Source: Syncephalis fuscata S228
Lineage: Eukaryota; Fungi; Zoopagomycota
Direction: 5' to 3'
NCBI GenBank assembly: GCA_025786725.1
Contig: JAHLTZ010000012.1
Coordinates: 62,001-126,000, forward strand
DNA: 64,000 nucleotides
The position numbers were made by a program, and so were the translations under genes. Below are positions 25,752-40,864 of the stretch, in pieces. The notes below the pieces were generated by a model that saw only the letters and a program-made list of their open reading frames with translations, did no database searches and had not been told where the DNA came from. Each line of letters opens with the position of its first letter. Position 1 is the first letter of the stretch.

Positions 25752-26169
25752 TTTATTATATGGTCGTTAAACTTACTATTTCTGAGTATCGTAGTAAATG
25801 AACAATAAAGTACGCGAACATAGATAAGACGGTAAACAGCTGGATGTATAATAATGTTTATTATAAATATGTTAGCTTATGTACTAGCAATAACAATAGT
25901 ACTATGTTATGACGTGACATAATGATGATAATATACATTGTCATAGTTAAGTAAGTTATCGTAATACCGTCCGTATGTTAATCCATATAAATTGCCATAA
26001 AATTAATCATATAGATATTTAATCCATATGATTGTCCATATAGTAAATACTATCGTAAAACGTAAGTATGGCCAATTATTACCAGTTATCGAGTAAATTG
26101 TGTTAATTATAATTAAATAAAATTTATATAATTCGTAAAAAAGTAAGTTTCTTTCCAGTTGCTACAATC

Positions 26170-27165
26170 ATGTCATTAATTTCATTTACACGCGGTGCAA
26201 AAACACTTGTCCATGCGCGTCCATCGCCACGATTAATCCGGGTAAGTCAGTGTTGGCTCTGCTATCTATACTGCTAAGCTTAAGCGCTTTGATTAGGCGC
26301 CGTTGACGCGTGGATTGCGTAGCAAGTCGGAGATTTCTGTTGAATTAAAAGAAACCATTCCAGAAGTTGGTAAAGCAGGTGCGTTGAAGCGTAACAAATC
26401 AGCAACCAATACTTACTAATTGCTCGATTTAGGCGACATTATTAAAGTTCGAGGTAAGTAATAAGGGAATAAATGGCTTTTATTTAACTATAGTAAATAG
26501 CCGGTTATATGCGTAACTTTCTATTTCGCTATGGTAAAGCAAAATACATACCACACGAACGCGTTATTCTTCCATTTGCCGATAAAAAAGCTATGCTAGA
26601 AGAGAATGCAGTTAAGCAACAACAGCAACAAGCATTATTAGAACAGCAGACAAGCATTTCAATGATGGTAAGTCGCAATAGCAACAAACTTAAAGAAATG
26701 AATGACTACGATGTGTAATCTATAAACAATACCATTATATTTACTTATATATATGCACTGTGTCTGTTATAGGAACAAGAACGCACGACACAAGTGCTAC
26801 GACAACGCTTGGAACAATTACGACGATTATCACCATTGAAATTTACACGTAAGGCACGTGGAGCCGCTCCATCAGCCGGTACACCAGATCGACGAGCCAT
26901 TTTCGGCTCAGTAAGCATTGATGATGTATTGCTACGTTTGCGTGAAGCACATCAGATTGCCGTTGAACGGGCCTGGGTTAGTTTGGCATCGACCGACGTC
27001 GATAGTGGCAGTAACGATCGTATTCGCCAGTTGGGCGGCGCACGTTTTGCTATACAAATACCTGGTGTGGGCACCACCACACTACGTGTTATGGTAGAAG
27101 CCGAACAAGAAGCTGGGGAAACTGAAACCAATGCCACAACGACAACTTCCGAGGAGACATCATAA
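26170..27165 (+). CDS. Mitochondrial ribosomal protein bL9m, multi-exon
   Basis: Basic presequence, then VELKETIPEVGKAGDIIKVRAGYMRNFL (L9 N-domain) and IFGSVS...IRQLG (L9 C-domain). Confidence 0.9.
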
Positions 27166-27419
27166 GCAAACACTCATAAATAAGTAAAATAGATGCCATC
27201 CTCGTTAATAATACATAATATATATCTATATATCTATATAGTTGTCTTGGTTATTTCTATTTAACAATTATACAATAATATTGCCACTACATATGTTCAG
27301 GTTGAACTCGTACAAATGAATATATTTTAGATGGCAAAAAAGAATCAGTAAAATACGGCAAGTTCAACAGGAAAAACAAATGCAATAGAATGAACGAGCA
27401 TCAGTCATCGGTCGTTGTA

Positions 27420-27466
27420 TTGTTGTTGTTATTGTTGTTGTTATTGCTATTGTTATAATAGTAACT

Positions 27467-27502
<36 letters not shown>

Positions 27503-27503
27503 A
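27420..27503. repeat. Compound trinucleotide microsatellite (GTT/ATT)n-(GTA)n
   Basis: Directly visible, downstream of RER1. Confidence 0.9.
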
Positions 27504-27657
27504 TGGTTTGTTCTAAGCAGTTTCCCGCTATCGGCAATAATGGCATCAATACCATTTAAAGCCATATCATGGATGGTGTACAATGATTCACATATAATCA
27601 TCAAATAGAACACGATCCTTTTACCCTGCACGCCTTGCTCTTCTTATTTGGCCTTTC

Positions 27658-28850
27658 CTAATTGGATCGGCTACCGTGTAGTGTACTTGTGTCTTTTCCA
27701 TAGTTCTTCTTGCCAATGTTAAAGGGTACATACCGATATTTGATCATATGTCGGATTTGACGACGCATTGTAACGGCTGCCAAAAATACAAAGTAAATAA
27801 GAAGAATTGGCCAGAACACAGGAATGTCAAACACATCAAACAACGTGCACGCAAGAGCAATAACTGTCGCCCGTGTGGCCGATACCCTGCCATTAGAACA
27901 TATAATATAAGATAATATACAAATTGTCCATTAGCTACTCAATACTATATGAATACCATACGCCATAACTTACCAAAACTTGAATTCAGGCAATCGACGA
28001 ATAAATGGACGGAATTCAGCATCGTTCCGTGTAGGCAGTACTGGCGTATTGTCAATCATAAGATCATCTTCACCCTCAGCCGTGCTTGTAAGAGCCGGAT
28101 CAAACTTTGGCTGAAGAAATAGTAAGAATAAACTTAACAGATAAATACCAAGTGCATAGCAAATGATATACCATCCATGAGTTATGAAAATACGCAGCAT
28201 AAATGTCACCAATAATAGACCAAAGACGCCCCATCGTACACTTGTGTGTGGTGTTGTAATATCTAGAAATGTTTGATACCGCTAATCATATAAATATTTG
28301 GTTAATATAAAATATTGTCATTAACATTATTAAGCCATCATAATGCTGTTTAAAGAACCGATAAGATCGTATTAATATTTTACCCCCAACGCACCAATAA
28401 TTGACACGTGATAATTAATAGTCGTGTTCAATGATCAGTAGCAGCATGCTTGTTATTGTTATTGCTATACTGATCTGTTACCATGCCACTCGTACACTTC
28501 CCACCTTGCACACACACAGACACACAAGGCCCACACATACAAGGCCCAATACACAAACACACACGCCCACAACGTATATCTATATATGTATATGTATATA
28601 CGTATATACGTTTGCATGCATAGACATGCACATAAGACCGTTAAATAAAAGTCAATACTATACACTCTATACTGCTCTGATGTATAACGTGTATTATAGC
28701 CTTTACTGAATGAATAATCATCGCTAGCATACTTACTCGGTCGAGGTAGTGTTTCCAGCGTAGAACATTGGAGACGGCCGTGTCAGGCGCATCTACACCG
28801 GCACTTGTCATGCCAGCGCCGAAAGCAGCAGCCGAAGTGGAAGCAGACAT
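27658..28850 (-). CDS. RER1: Retrieval of early ER proteins receptor, 3 coding exons
   Basis: GWYIICYALGIYLLSLFLLFLQPKFDP, EFRPFIRRLPEFKFW, FDIPVFWPILLIYF, MRRQIRHMIKYRYVPF. Confidence 0.96.
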
Positions 28851-30808
28851 GCTATAGATCAATAATGGGTCAATCGATGAATCGTCGCTGTACACGTTTG
28901 CCACTTACCTTTATAAAGGGATCAGCAGTGTAGAAAGTTAATGATTCTTAAAAGTAGCGAAAGCAGTAGTCGCCTTGTGATGTGTTTAGCAGTAGTGGAT
29001 AGATAAAAGAAAGGAAGAAAGGAAGTCTGTGTGTAGTGTCGTTGGCAAGCGCTATTATTATACTGGTTGGTTGATTGGCTCCTATTTAATGATAAAGCTT
29101 GTAGTTTGAGAATACCCTTATGAATTACAGGCACAATGCACATGCACACACATACCACGTGGATATAATGTTTATTGTTTATTGGTGGTGAAGTAGTGAT
29201 CAAAAGGCAATAGCCCAATCGGTTGGGGCTGTGATCAAAGTGCCAGCAAAGAGGACTATGAAATAAAATAATTCTGAAGTGCGCCCACCTTGAGTGTCGC
29301 AGCAGTTGTGCCAATATGCCGGCTTTGATGTCATAGGATATAGCCAGGAATCCAAAGGATGGGTAAAAAGTGATGCAAAAAAGTTTATGATCAGCATGGG
29401 TAAGTAGATCCTTATCTTTAAATTCAGTGAGCTTTTACTATAATGTTTTAGTTTGTATAAATGCTGTGTATATTTTCGATAATCATTGCATCACAAGTCT
29501 ATATTGCATTGCAGATAAACATTCCGTGTAAATAAAAAACAAATAAAATAATATTTAGTTGAGTATGCAATTCACACTGGATTGTATTTTTTCAATAATT
29601 ATATTAGACTATAACATACCCACGATATCAGGATGGTAATAGTACAATATAAATCGCATTTAATTGTAAATAATTAGCTAAAGTACTAAAACATAGAATA
29701 GAATTAGCTTTATAACTAAACAAGATGAATTAGATGCTATTTATAAAATAGTCGTTATGTATAGCAGTTTTATATGTAGACAAGAATAGACTTGCATAGA
29801 TCAAGTGACCATTGTATAAGCTTTTACAAAATAGTAATTCAAATGTTAAGATTGCCAAAATAGCGTATTTGATATAGTAAATGGTTTTGCATTTGATACC
29901 ATAGTATTGGGTTGAACAGTGCAATTACAATATTTACCAATAATAGTCGGAAATTGTCAAGTTTTATAGTTTAGTATTATTACTTTAGAAGTTTATTAAG
30001 CTCTTATGATCATGTATAGCTATAGATAAAAAAAATGCATCTTTCCCTAAATTTAATAAACCTTTAGTAAAACTATTGGCATAACTAATGCAGCCTATAT
30101 ACTCTGATTTACTATGTCGTGTGTCTCAGTAAAAGTTATGCTATAAATTTCATGTATTTGATGAATAAATACAATGAAGCATTTTAAAACTTTAGTATTA
30201 TTGTTAAATCAGTAGCTGATACTTGTGTGCATATACAATAGATTTAAATAACGTGCATCTAGTGCCACCAAATCCACATAAAAGCATAATATTTTGCTTT
30301 AGTATTGATGGATTAGCAATCAAACTGGTCATACGGATTCTTTATGCTATTTTATCTGTCTAGCATTAGCTGGTTTTATTCTACATAATATTCTGTATTC
30401 TGTGGTATAAGCTACAACACCACAACCTACACAGTATTTGTAATATAAAACCTAACTAACTAAATGGCATGTTGGACAAAAGCACGCCATGGCAATGTTG
30501 GAGTATAGCCATCTAACAATCAATATTGTTTTGTGTAATGATTATACAAAGTCTTTTATTTTAACAATGCAAATATCAAATATAATCGGTTAAATTGAAA
30601 ATATGAGTGATGATGTACTCTACTAACTCTGATAAACAATCAAAAGAACAATTCAGCAACAATATATATATATAGTAGCAATACTAAAAGCGGATTAAAG
30701 GCATAAATTTAAACTAACAGACTAATCAACTGATGTGCTGGTTGCTAAAAAAAACAGTTTAATTAAACATAAAATCATATGAATGCAGTATATTCAATTA
30801 TACGCTTT

Positions 30809-31998
30809 CTAGTTGGTAAAACCTTCGGGTCTTTTTTGTTTAAAACGGAGTAAAGACGCCAAACTATCTCTCTTGTTTAATTGTTGGTCGCGAGGAAGTG
30901 GAGCCACCACAGGATTTTCTCCCCTTGATAACGCCATTTGACGATTACGAGCAGCATTAGCACGATATGCCTTGTATAGAGGGCTAGAAGTGGGTGGATT
31001 ATCTACTATTATCCCCAAATCCCAGTATATGTTTTCAATATACTGTAGCGCCTCACTGAATGCATTGCTAGATTGAGTTTTCATATAAAACTCGATTAAG
31101 TTTTTCCATAGTAAGATATTTATGTTGAGAATTTCGTAATCATTTGCTCGATCAGAAATGAGATTCTTTATAGAGCGCACACGATCAACGGTAGTAAATA
31201 CTATGTGATTATTTGTGATACACGCATCTGACAATTATATTAGTATATTACTAGTGTAAACAATTAAAATGTAACTAACCACTTTCAATAGCCTCAGAAA
31301 TTGTCCAATCTTTTGCCTTCATGTTGCGTATAACTATTCAGCTATGCCTTAATAGCTTATTAGTATAAATAGTATTTACTTACTTGTTACAAGTTCTGAA
31401 AATAAAATCAACCCTTCTTGTCGGCTGGTAAAGCCGTTATCTATACGACTAGAAAGCTTTTCTTTACATTCTGGCTTAACAATGAAATAGCATTTATCTT
31501 CTTTCTTGGTGGGTAACAGCTTAATAGCATGATAGAATGGCTGTGACGGAGAAATGTCTTGAGGAATGTTATGATCTCCAGTATACAGCGTCTATCAATA
31601 AAGTTATTATGTCAACAACTCAAACTAATAATAAATATACATACATCGTATAAATTGAAGGGAAATAATTAGCAGCTTCCTTCTTTCTACATATAACTTC
31701 ACCGATAAGTATACGATTATTCTCTGCAAAATATTTTGCTTTCATCACATATCCATTGCTATGTTCGGTTGGACGTGATTTGATGATAAGGCCCTTGTCA
31801 CCAAATGCACCAGGCTGATTTAATTCATATTCACCAACTGGAGCTGTCGCTATAGTATAACGGTTATTGGATCAATAGCAAATTTACTAAACTGTTACCT
31901 TTTTGTTTATTAAGTATGCGTGGCAATACAGCCATACTCTGGCCAACTGATAGTAGTACCAGTAGCGGCAAAATAAGATTGATTCTAGCTAGCATCAT
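30809..31998 (-). CDS. Secreted orphan protein, possibly degenerate kinase-like fold, about 5 exons
   Basis: Signal peptide MMLARINLILPLLVLLSVGQSMA; GT-AG introns keep the frame; layout resembles 56010-57101. Confidence 0.65.
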
Positions 31999-32688
31999 TA
32001 ATCTTTTAAAAAAATCTAGATATTTGTAATTTTGTAAAATATTGGTAGTTGCAGCAATAAGAGCTATTAAAAGTAGAGCAAATTTTATGCGATAAAGCAA
32101 TAAAAAATTAACAACTTATTCAATTATTTATAGCCAATTGCAGTACAGAGTAATCAATGCAAGATCTACTGTTTAAGCAAGAAAGTGCGCATTTGGTGAT
32201 GGCCGGCATGAAAGTAAAACCAATTAATGACTTGATAATTCAAAATAGTATAACATAGACTTTTATAACAATCAAAATGCTAGACAAAATTTAAATGTAG
32301 TTTTTTTCTCGAATACTCAAATTACCATGTTGATAACTCGATATAAATATAGTAGTGAAAATCATCATCACTAAAAAAGAATAATCGGAGTTAATAACCA
32401 ATCTAGATTTCTATTCAGATTCTTAATTTATGGATTTGGCCATTAGATATTAGCATTAGTTATTTGCACATGTAATTGCTATTTTTTCTTAATTCACTAT
32501 TTATCAGTTTTAATGTTTAGGTTATTCATAAATCTACAAATAATTACTCTATTTTATTACAAACACACTAACTAAATAACAATACAATTAATTACGACTA
32601 AATAAGTATATTTATTGCTTCTTTTTCCACTCGTACTCCTAGTCTCCTTTTCCTGTTTGCGGGTTAGTACATGCTAATAATGACTATC

Positions 32689-35072
32689 TCACCGACGACG
32701 TGACTGATGGTAGGTAGATGGCGGTGGCACGTTATGATATCCATTATCAGCACCGGTATCCTTGTAGCCCGGCTCTAACGGATCATCTTGACGACGACTC
32801 CGTTGGCTGCTTTCCTCCTTGCCACGACCCTGTCCATTAGTGGCCGCACCCGTACCCGATGCATCTTTATTATAGCTGCCTTGATAATATCCCTGCTGAT
32901 TATATCCACTACCGTAATTATAATCTTGACCATAGCCTTGTTGTTGATGTTGCTGTTGATAGTAATAATTACTGTCGTAGTATTGGCCATTCTGACCATA
33001 ATAATAGGCATTAGCATCGGTTGTGCCTGATTTCGATGCATCATCGGCAGTTGAAGATTTGCTAGGATTGGTAGTTGTAGCAGTACCATCAGCAGGCGCA
33101 TCAGATGACGGTGGTGGTGGCGGAGAAGAAGGCAGTGGCGGTGGGGGTGGTGGCGCTCCTTCTTGAGCTCCATCAGCTCCTGCTGTTTGGTATCCTTCGC
33201 CGTAGTTCTAAAAAAATAGTTCATTATCCATACTGTAATCGTCACTCTTTTATTATAAAACTTACACCATACTGTCCATAGTGTGCATCATAACCACCTC
33301 CATAATTATAATAATTGTTATTATAATAGCCACCACGTCCATAGCCACCATAATAAGATCCTTGCGGATTATTAGACACACGCTCAAATTCTTTTTTGAC
33401 AGTTTCTACCAAATCCTTGGCCAATTGAACCGCTTCATCTAGCGCTTCCTGTTTCAAATGTCTGTATAGCATCACAATAGTTATCATTACATTGATTAAC
33501 TAAACAATAAATTCGCCATTTACTTACGTCACTACTAGATGCATCGGTTCGTCTGCTTCTTTACCAGTTGCTGCCTCTATATAACCCGATCCCAACCCTC
33601 TAATGGTAACACGTGCACCTGTCTCGTTTTGAATATGCTTTACATACGCTCCCTAGATAACATATCAATCTCATAAATATGTAGCCAGTATAAACCATCG
33701 CTTTGTCAATTACCTGTGGTCCAATAAGTTTAGGCTTGGCATAGAATCCAGGTGTTGGTTCAAAAGTAAGATAGACCTTTTCAGCCAAATAAGTTTTCTA
33801 AATAAACCATAGTGTATGTATATATATCATTATCATTATCATTACACTCTACAGATAGCCATCATTACTTACTTCGCGTGGTTTAAATTCACGTTGTGGT
33901 GCTATTGTCGGTGTATATGCACCTGGCTCTTCAGACATCAAGTCATCGATACGCTTAACTGCTGCATCCAAATCCGCCTGAGTAGCTGCCGTGATATGTA
34001 AATGCAAGGCTGGCTCATCAGGTGTGGCCCGACTACGATCCGGATAATATTTGCCGCGTGTTGTCACATCTATATACATACGCGTATATATAAGCACAAA
34101 TACACTACACTAAGCCAAACTGTCCATTACCTGCACCAAAGTCTTTTTTAATCTGCTGTTGCGTAATACCCTTAGTAATGGCATATCGGTTACGACAATC
34201 ATTAATGTCGATATCCTTGACAAATTCATGATTTGCGCTACTACTTGTACTATAAGAATCTGCTAGAGGTGACTGTAGAACATGAAATGTTAATGATTAA
34301 ATTATGCTTATGCCTATGGATGGCCATCATCTTTTCCTAGAGACTGTCTATCCAGGAAGCGTACTTGGCATTGCCATAGTCGCCACAACCGTATTGCTCG
34401 TTGGTCGGCAATATACAGCCCGCATCGATGCATTAACGTCAATAAATCAATATATCGTATATGCATATGCATATATATATAAATAGTTGTGTGTGACTTA
34501 TGTCTTTTTTGTTCATGAGCTCATACGGCATATCATTTTAATAGCGATGAATGCATACTACTTACGGGTTCATTAGTTGTTGAACGTGAAAGAGGCATTG
34601 CTGCCTTCACCATCGGTTTAATTCCTTGTCGAGCAAGCATAGCTTCAACCTTGGCCGCTGCCGCCGCTTAAAACAGTACCAAAAACATCAATAAGCTACA
34701 TGCTATTTAGTTTGTTTGTTCGTTGTGAATTACCTGCAATCGCGGTCGGATCGAGTATACCCGCATGAATCGGTGGTGGTGGTGGTGGTGGTGACGACGG
34801 TGGCGGTGGCGGGGGACGAGCAGCTTCAGCAGGCTGATCCCACTTGCGCTTCCGACTAGCAAAGTAGTTGATAGCGTGTATATATAGTGGTGTGTTAAGG
34901 TTAATGGGTAATGGGTAATGCATGTATTCTATAGTACTTACGTTCGCGATTCCTCTTCCGATCCTACGCCATCTGGCTTAGGTGGCGGTGGTGGTGGTGG
35001 TGGTGGCGGTGGCGAGTCGGGCGGTGGTGGTGGTGGCCCGTAAGGAGGCGGTACAGGTGGCGGAAAAGACAT
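32689..35072 (-). CDS. KH-domain RNA-binding protein, KHDC4/BLOM7-like, Pro-rich N-terminus and Y/G/Q-rich tail
   Basis: RKRKWDQ, DIDINDCRNRYAITKG, VTTRGKYYPD, KLIGPQGAYVKHIQNETGARVTIRGLGSGYIE. Confidence 0.88.
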
Positions 35073-35257
35073 ATAGTATGTAGTATATATATGTGTGTAT
35101 AACTCGTAACAGCTGGAAACAATTAACCAAGAAATAAAAAAAGGAATGTGTACATGTAATAACAATAATGATTTTTGTTAACTTTTCTGTCAATTAATTT
35201 CAACCACACGTGTGAAATTATGTCAATGACACATAGAACATATTAACTTTAGATTGA

Positions 35258-36076
35258 ATCGTACTTTGACTCCCACATTTGGAGTTTTCAAGGTAAAATT
35301 CGCTCCAATTGAAATTTACGAGGCCTATCATTATTGTTGTTGGTCATGCGTAGAAAGATTAATCGAATATTAATAGAAGACATATGATTGCAATTCCATG
35401 TCATTTTGCAGTCGTTGTTGTTGCATCTATGTACAGTATGGATTATTGCGTCTAAATGGTCTCTTCTATTTCCTAATATTCTACTATTGTATTTTGGACA
35501 TATTTGTGATGTAAGATCAAGACCAATATAATTATTATAAATGCTGTTTATTAAACAGCCACTTTTCTATAGCCAATCTGACTAAATAAATGGCATTTAA
35601 ATGGTTAATATTATAAGAACAATATATATATTAAAGTAATAATAAAAATAATTAATTAATTACATTATTGTACTGATAATTACACGTGAATTTATTAATG
35701 TTGAATGTAATATTATACATGTTATAGTAACGAGTGAATGTTTAATTAACAATACAATAATGTAATTAATTAGTTATTTTTATTATTGCTTTAATATATA
35801 TATTGTTCTTATAATATTAACCATTTAAATGCCATTTATTTAGTCAGATTGGCTATAGAAAAGTGGCTGTTTAATAAACAGCATTTATAATAATTATATT
35901 GGTCTTGATCTTACATCACAAATATGTCCAAAATACAATAGTACAATAATGATAGGCTTTGTAAATTTTAAAGTAGTCAAATGAAAACATTATAACTATG
36001 TTTGTTGTACATAGCAGTACAACAATTGAAGCGAATTTTACCTTGAAAACGCCAAATGTGGGAGTCAAAGTACGAT
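35258..36076. mobile_element. Non-autonomous foldback/MITE-like element
   Basis: 54-bp terminal inverted repeats (35258-35311 / 36023-36076, 2 mismatches) plus internal 191-bp inverted arms (35482-35672 / 35753-35943). No ORF. No clear TSD. Confidence 0.8.
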
Positions 36077-37247
36077 CTAACCATTATTACAGGGCCACAT
36101 CCCTTGAATTACTAAATAATAATTAAATATTATTAAAAATGTATTAATGCCATCTACATACTAATAATAACAATAATAACAATGTAAAACTGCAACATTT
36201 TACACTTGTCTATTAATATTTACATATATTTATAACACTTTACACCAAACATACATCTTTATACTAATATGTGTATGTATTACAACAAAACCTCTATATA
36301 TCTACCAATCTAGTGGACGACATAATACCTTTTAATTATTAATAGTCGACAATATTAATGCTGGCACCGTTTAAATAAGTCAATGAATATTTGAATAAGC
36401 ACTGTTATTTTATATCAACTTGCATCCTTTTGCTCTCTCTCTCCCTTTCTCTCCTTGCTCTGCCATTCTATTTAACTGAATATAATATAGTATATATATA
36501 TACAAGTGTATTAATACATACAGTATTTGTTGACACTCCTGTAATATCCAATAACCATTTGTGTGTACAATGATCCATAACACAAACCAGTTCAATTAAT
36601 CTTTTGAGAACACACGCGTGTGCCTATCCTTATCACACCCTGTTGGTGACTAGTGTCTATCCTTTTAACACTTATTCTCTTTCTTTTTTCTCTTTAAAGC
36701 TAACTATAGTTCTTTGGGCTGTGGCGTATAACCGATAGTATACCGTGCTATCCTGCCCCCTACTCGGTTAGTTCCATTGACTACTGCCATAGCGCCACCT
36801 GTCCACAGCACTTTCTATCGGCAACTCGGTGGTTGTGAAGCTGCACTAGAGCCAACAACCTTTTTCTCTTCTCATAACAACAACAACAACAACAACAAGA
36901 CCAACATCAGGCAAGTTAAAAGATGACGAGCTTCAAGTGTTTAAAGATGACTATGGGCACAGTATAAGTCATCTTGGTTGTTGACCATTTAAAGGTTGGC
37001 TCTAACCTGTTGCAAACAATAGTGGTTATAGATGTGTACTGTGGGTGGATGGGTGTACTGTAAAGTGTACGTTTCTATCTAAACTAAAAGTCTTTATGGG
37101 AATGGCTTTATAACCTGCATAATGTATCACATTTATCCTATTGATTGGAAAGGGTTTCCTTATTAATGAATAGAATTATTGTAAACAACTATCTAACATT
37201 AAAATGATTAGATTAATATACTGTGTAATAATAACAATATATTTACC

Positions 37248-37857
37248 ATGGCGATCAACGAAATTGAACAATTCGAAGACATTTTGAGTGCCGAGGTACT
37301 CGTCGATATGGAGAAATTGAAAGATATGGCACGCTCAGGTGTACCCGATTCAGTCCGTGGTGTAAGTATCAGTGTATTGAATATACTATTTATTTAACCA
37401 TTACTATTTGATGCTAGGTGGTTTGGCGTTATTTATTAGGCGTTGAAAGTGCAGATCGATGTAGGTTAATCGTTATATTTATTCTTCTTCTTAAATACTT
37501 ATGATAACATTAATGATAGCACGTGAGCAGACCGATTCACGACGTCATATAGAAGAATACGAACAGTTGGACAAGGAAAATATGGAGATTTCAAAACGAG
37601 TACGCGGTGATGTACAACGGTATCAGCGTCGATTGGCCGCTGTTAATGCTGGCTACTCAGTAAACACACTAACTAGTAATAAAAAAGAGCCGGATACACC
37701 TGCAGTAACTACTGCGACAACAACAACAACAACACCAGCTACTGCTGATTTTACAGCCAATACTACTACTGCACTGTTACTGCTAGTACTACACCGATTG
37801 ATAGTGATGCTAGTAGTCATGATAGCAAAGATAAACATCACCACCACCATTATAATA

Positions 37858-37888
<31 letters not shown>

Positions 37889-38841
37889 TAGCCATCAATA
37901 TGGTCAAGATCAGGCCAGAATAATAGTTTGGCCGAACAATTGACCAATTTTGTGACTAGACACGATCTATCGGCGGTAGTAGAACGTATTCTCGCTGCGT
38001 ATATTAATGGCAATAAGCATGTAGAATACTCACCGGCTCTCGTCTCGTTGTGTATGCCATTTGTATTTGTTTGTCAAGCCGAATCGGATATGTATCATTG
38101 TTTCTCCCGTCTTATGAGTATGCTAGGTAATAGACCCACCGGTATAATAGCCACCATCTATACCATAAAACAAATAAGCTAACCATTTCTAATTACTGCT
38201 ACGGCATTATTAGATTATTATCTTGACGAACAAGGCATTCGCGAACGGATGGCCAATTTCATGACCCTATTCCGTGCACTCATTCCAGACCTGTATCCTT
38301 TAATCGGATCAACAATAGTTATATATCTATTGTTATTGTTTATTGATAAATTATACTTGACTAATTACTGCCCTAATCTAACCTATAGACATAACTACTT
38401 TATTGAAGAAGAGGTCGATGTCAATGAATGGGCCACTTCATGGCTACAATTCCTATTATCGAAAGAGCTGCCCCTTCCTTGTCTATTACGACTATGGGAT
38501 ATCTATTTCTCATTAGATGGTGTATTAGAAAACCATGTCTATGTCTGTCTTGGTAAGTCATTCATTATTGTATTTTATTACTATTTATTAATGTTGGATT
38601 ACATTGTATTATATAGCATTGTTACGACATTATAAAGATGCATTAGAAGAATTGGAACAATCAGAGATCCGCACGCTACTACTCCGCATGCCTGTACTAG
38701 ACATCAACGAGGTAACTAGCTAATAGTATATACTGGATATAATGGATATTTATCAATATACATAATTTATAATAGGTCATTCATCAAGCACTGAACATCC
38801 GCAGTGAAATCCTACAACGTCAAGTCTCTGAATCACTTTAG
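37248..38841 (+). CDS. TBC-domain (Rab-GAP) protein, multi-exon, with a low-complexity T/N/H insertion
   Basis: VDMEKLKDMARSGVPDSVRGVVWRYLLGV, FMTLFRALIPDL, WATSWLQFLLSKELPLPCLLRLWDIYFS, HVYVCL. Confidence 0.88.
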
Positions 38842-39197
38842 TAACAATATTATTAATCGAAAGGTCATGGCAACAATAACATTAATAGCAATTAGTAGCA
38901 GTTTATACAAAGAGTAGATTCTATTATCATTAATGACTATTATGATCAATATTCGTATTTGTATTATTAGAGATGTTTAAGTTTTTCATGATCTCTTTTT
39001 GTGTCATTATCGGATAACATTGGAACATGTATCCATGTCAATTATTCTATAGTTATAGTTATAGTTATACGTAATTATGTGGTTATAGGTGACATCATCA
39101 CTATCATTCTCTGTTTAAATACTGGTCATAGTAAACGTATTTCTTTTTCTTTCTCTCTTTACTACACTTCTTTCTTTTATCAATCACTATTAACAAA

Positions 39198-40234
<1,037 letters not shown>

Positions 40235-40510
40235 AGCATTACATTGAATAAAGCAACTCGATATACACACACTAATATTGATATTGATATACACTAATTA
40301 ATGGTAAACGCAATATTATTTCATTATAGAAATTGAAACGAATGACAATGCATATCTAATAATCAACAAGTATTATTAGTGTTATGCCTTGATATGCCGT
40401 AAATGATTTAAATGGTCTTTGTTAATACCAAAAGTGAACCAATCTATACTATACTATACTATACTATACTAGTTATAGTACTAGTACCAGTACTAGTCTA
40501 GACAGATCCC

Positions 40511-40833
40511 TTAATAGAATGATATAGAAGATGTACCACCTGGTGCTTGTTGTGGTCTAATCATAACAATTATTAGAATAAGTATATAATATATATATTA
40601 GAATATATATATAATATGAATACATACTTGAATACTGGGGCCCGTGTCTTCTCTTCATTCGTTGTATTAGGATCACGTATATTACCACGTGAACCATTAG
40701 AACGATGGTCTTCTTCATAATATTCTTTACTTAATTCACCCAGATTAGGATTACGCATACCACCACGTCCTGCTACACTCGCATTAGCCGGTCTTGGTTT
40801 AGCCAAATCATCATCTTTATCCACTTCAAGACC

Positions 40834-40864
<31 letters not shown>

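Noticed and set aside
25800-26160. Several GTAAGT/GTAAAT motifs upstream of the mt-bL9 gene as a second micro-exon array
   Set aside because: No regular AG-NNN-GT spacing, no periodicity and no leader exon.
27364-27631. ORFs with poly-T/Y/N tracts (also the alternate frames at 37653-38013 and 43459-43797)
   Set aside because: Products of trinucleotide microsatellites or antisense frames of low-complexity exons.
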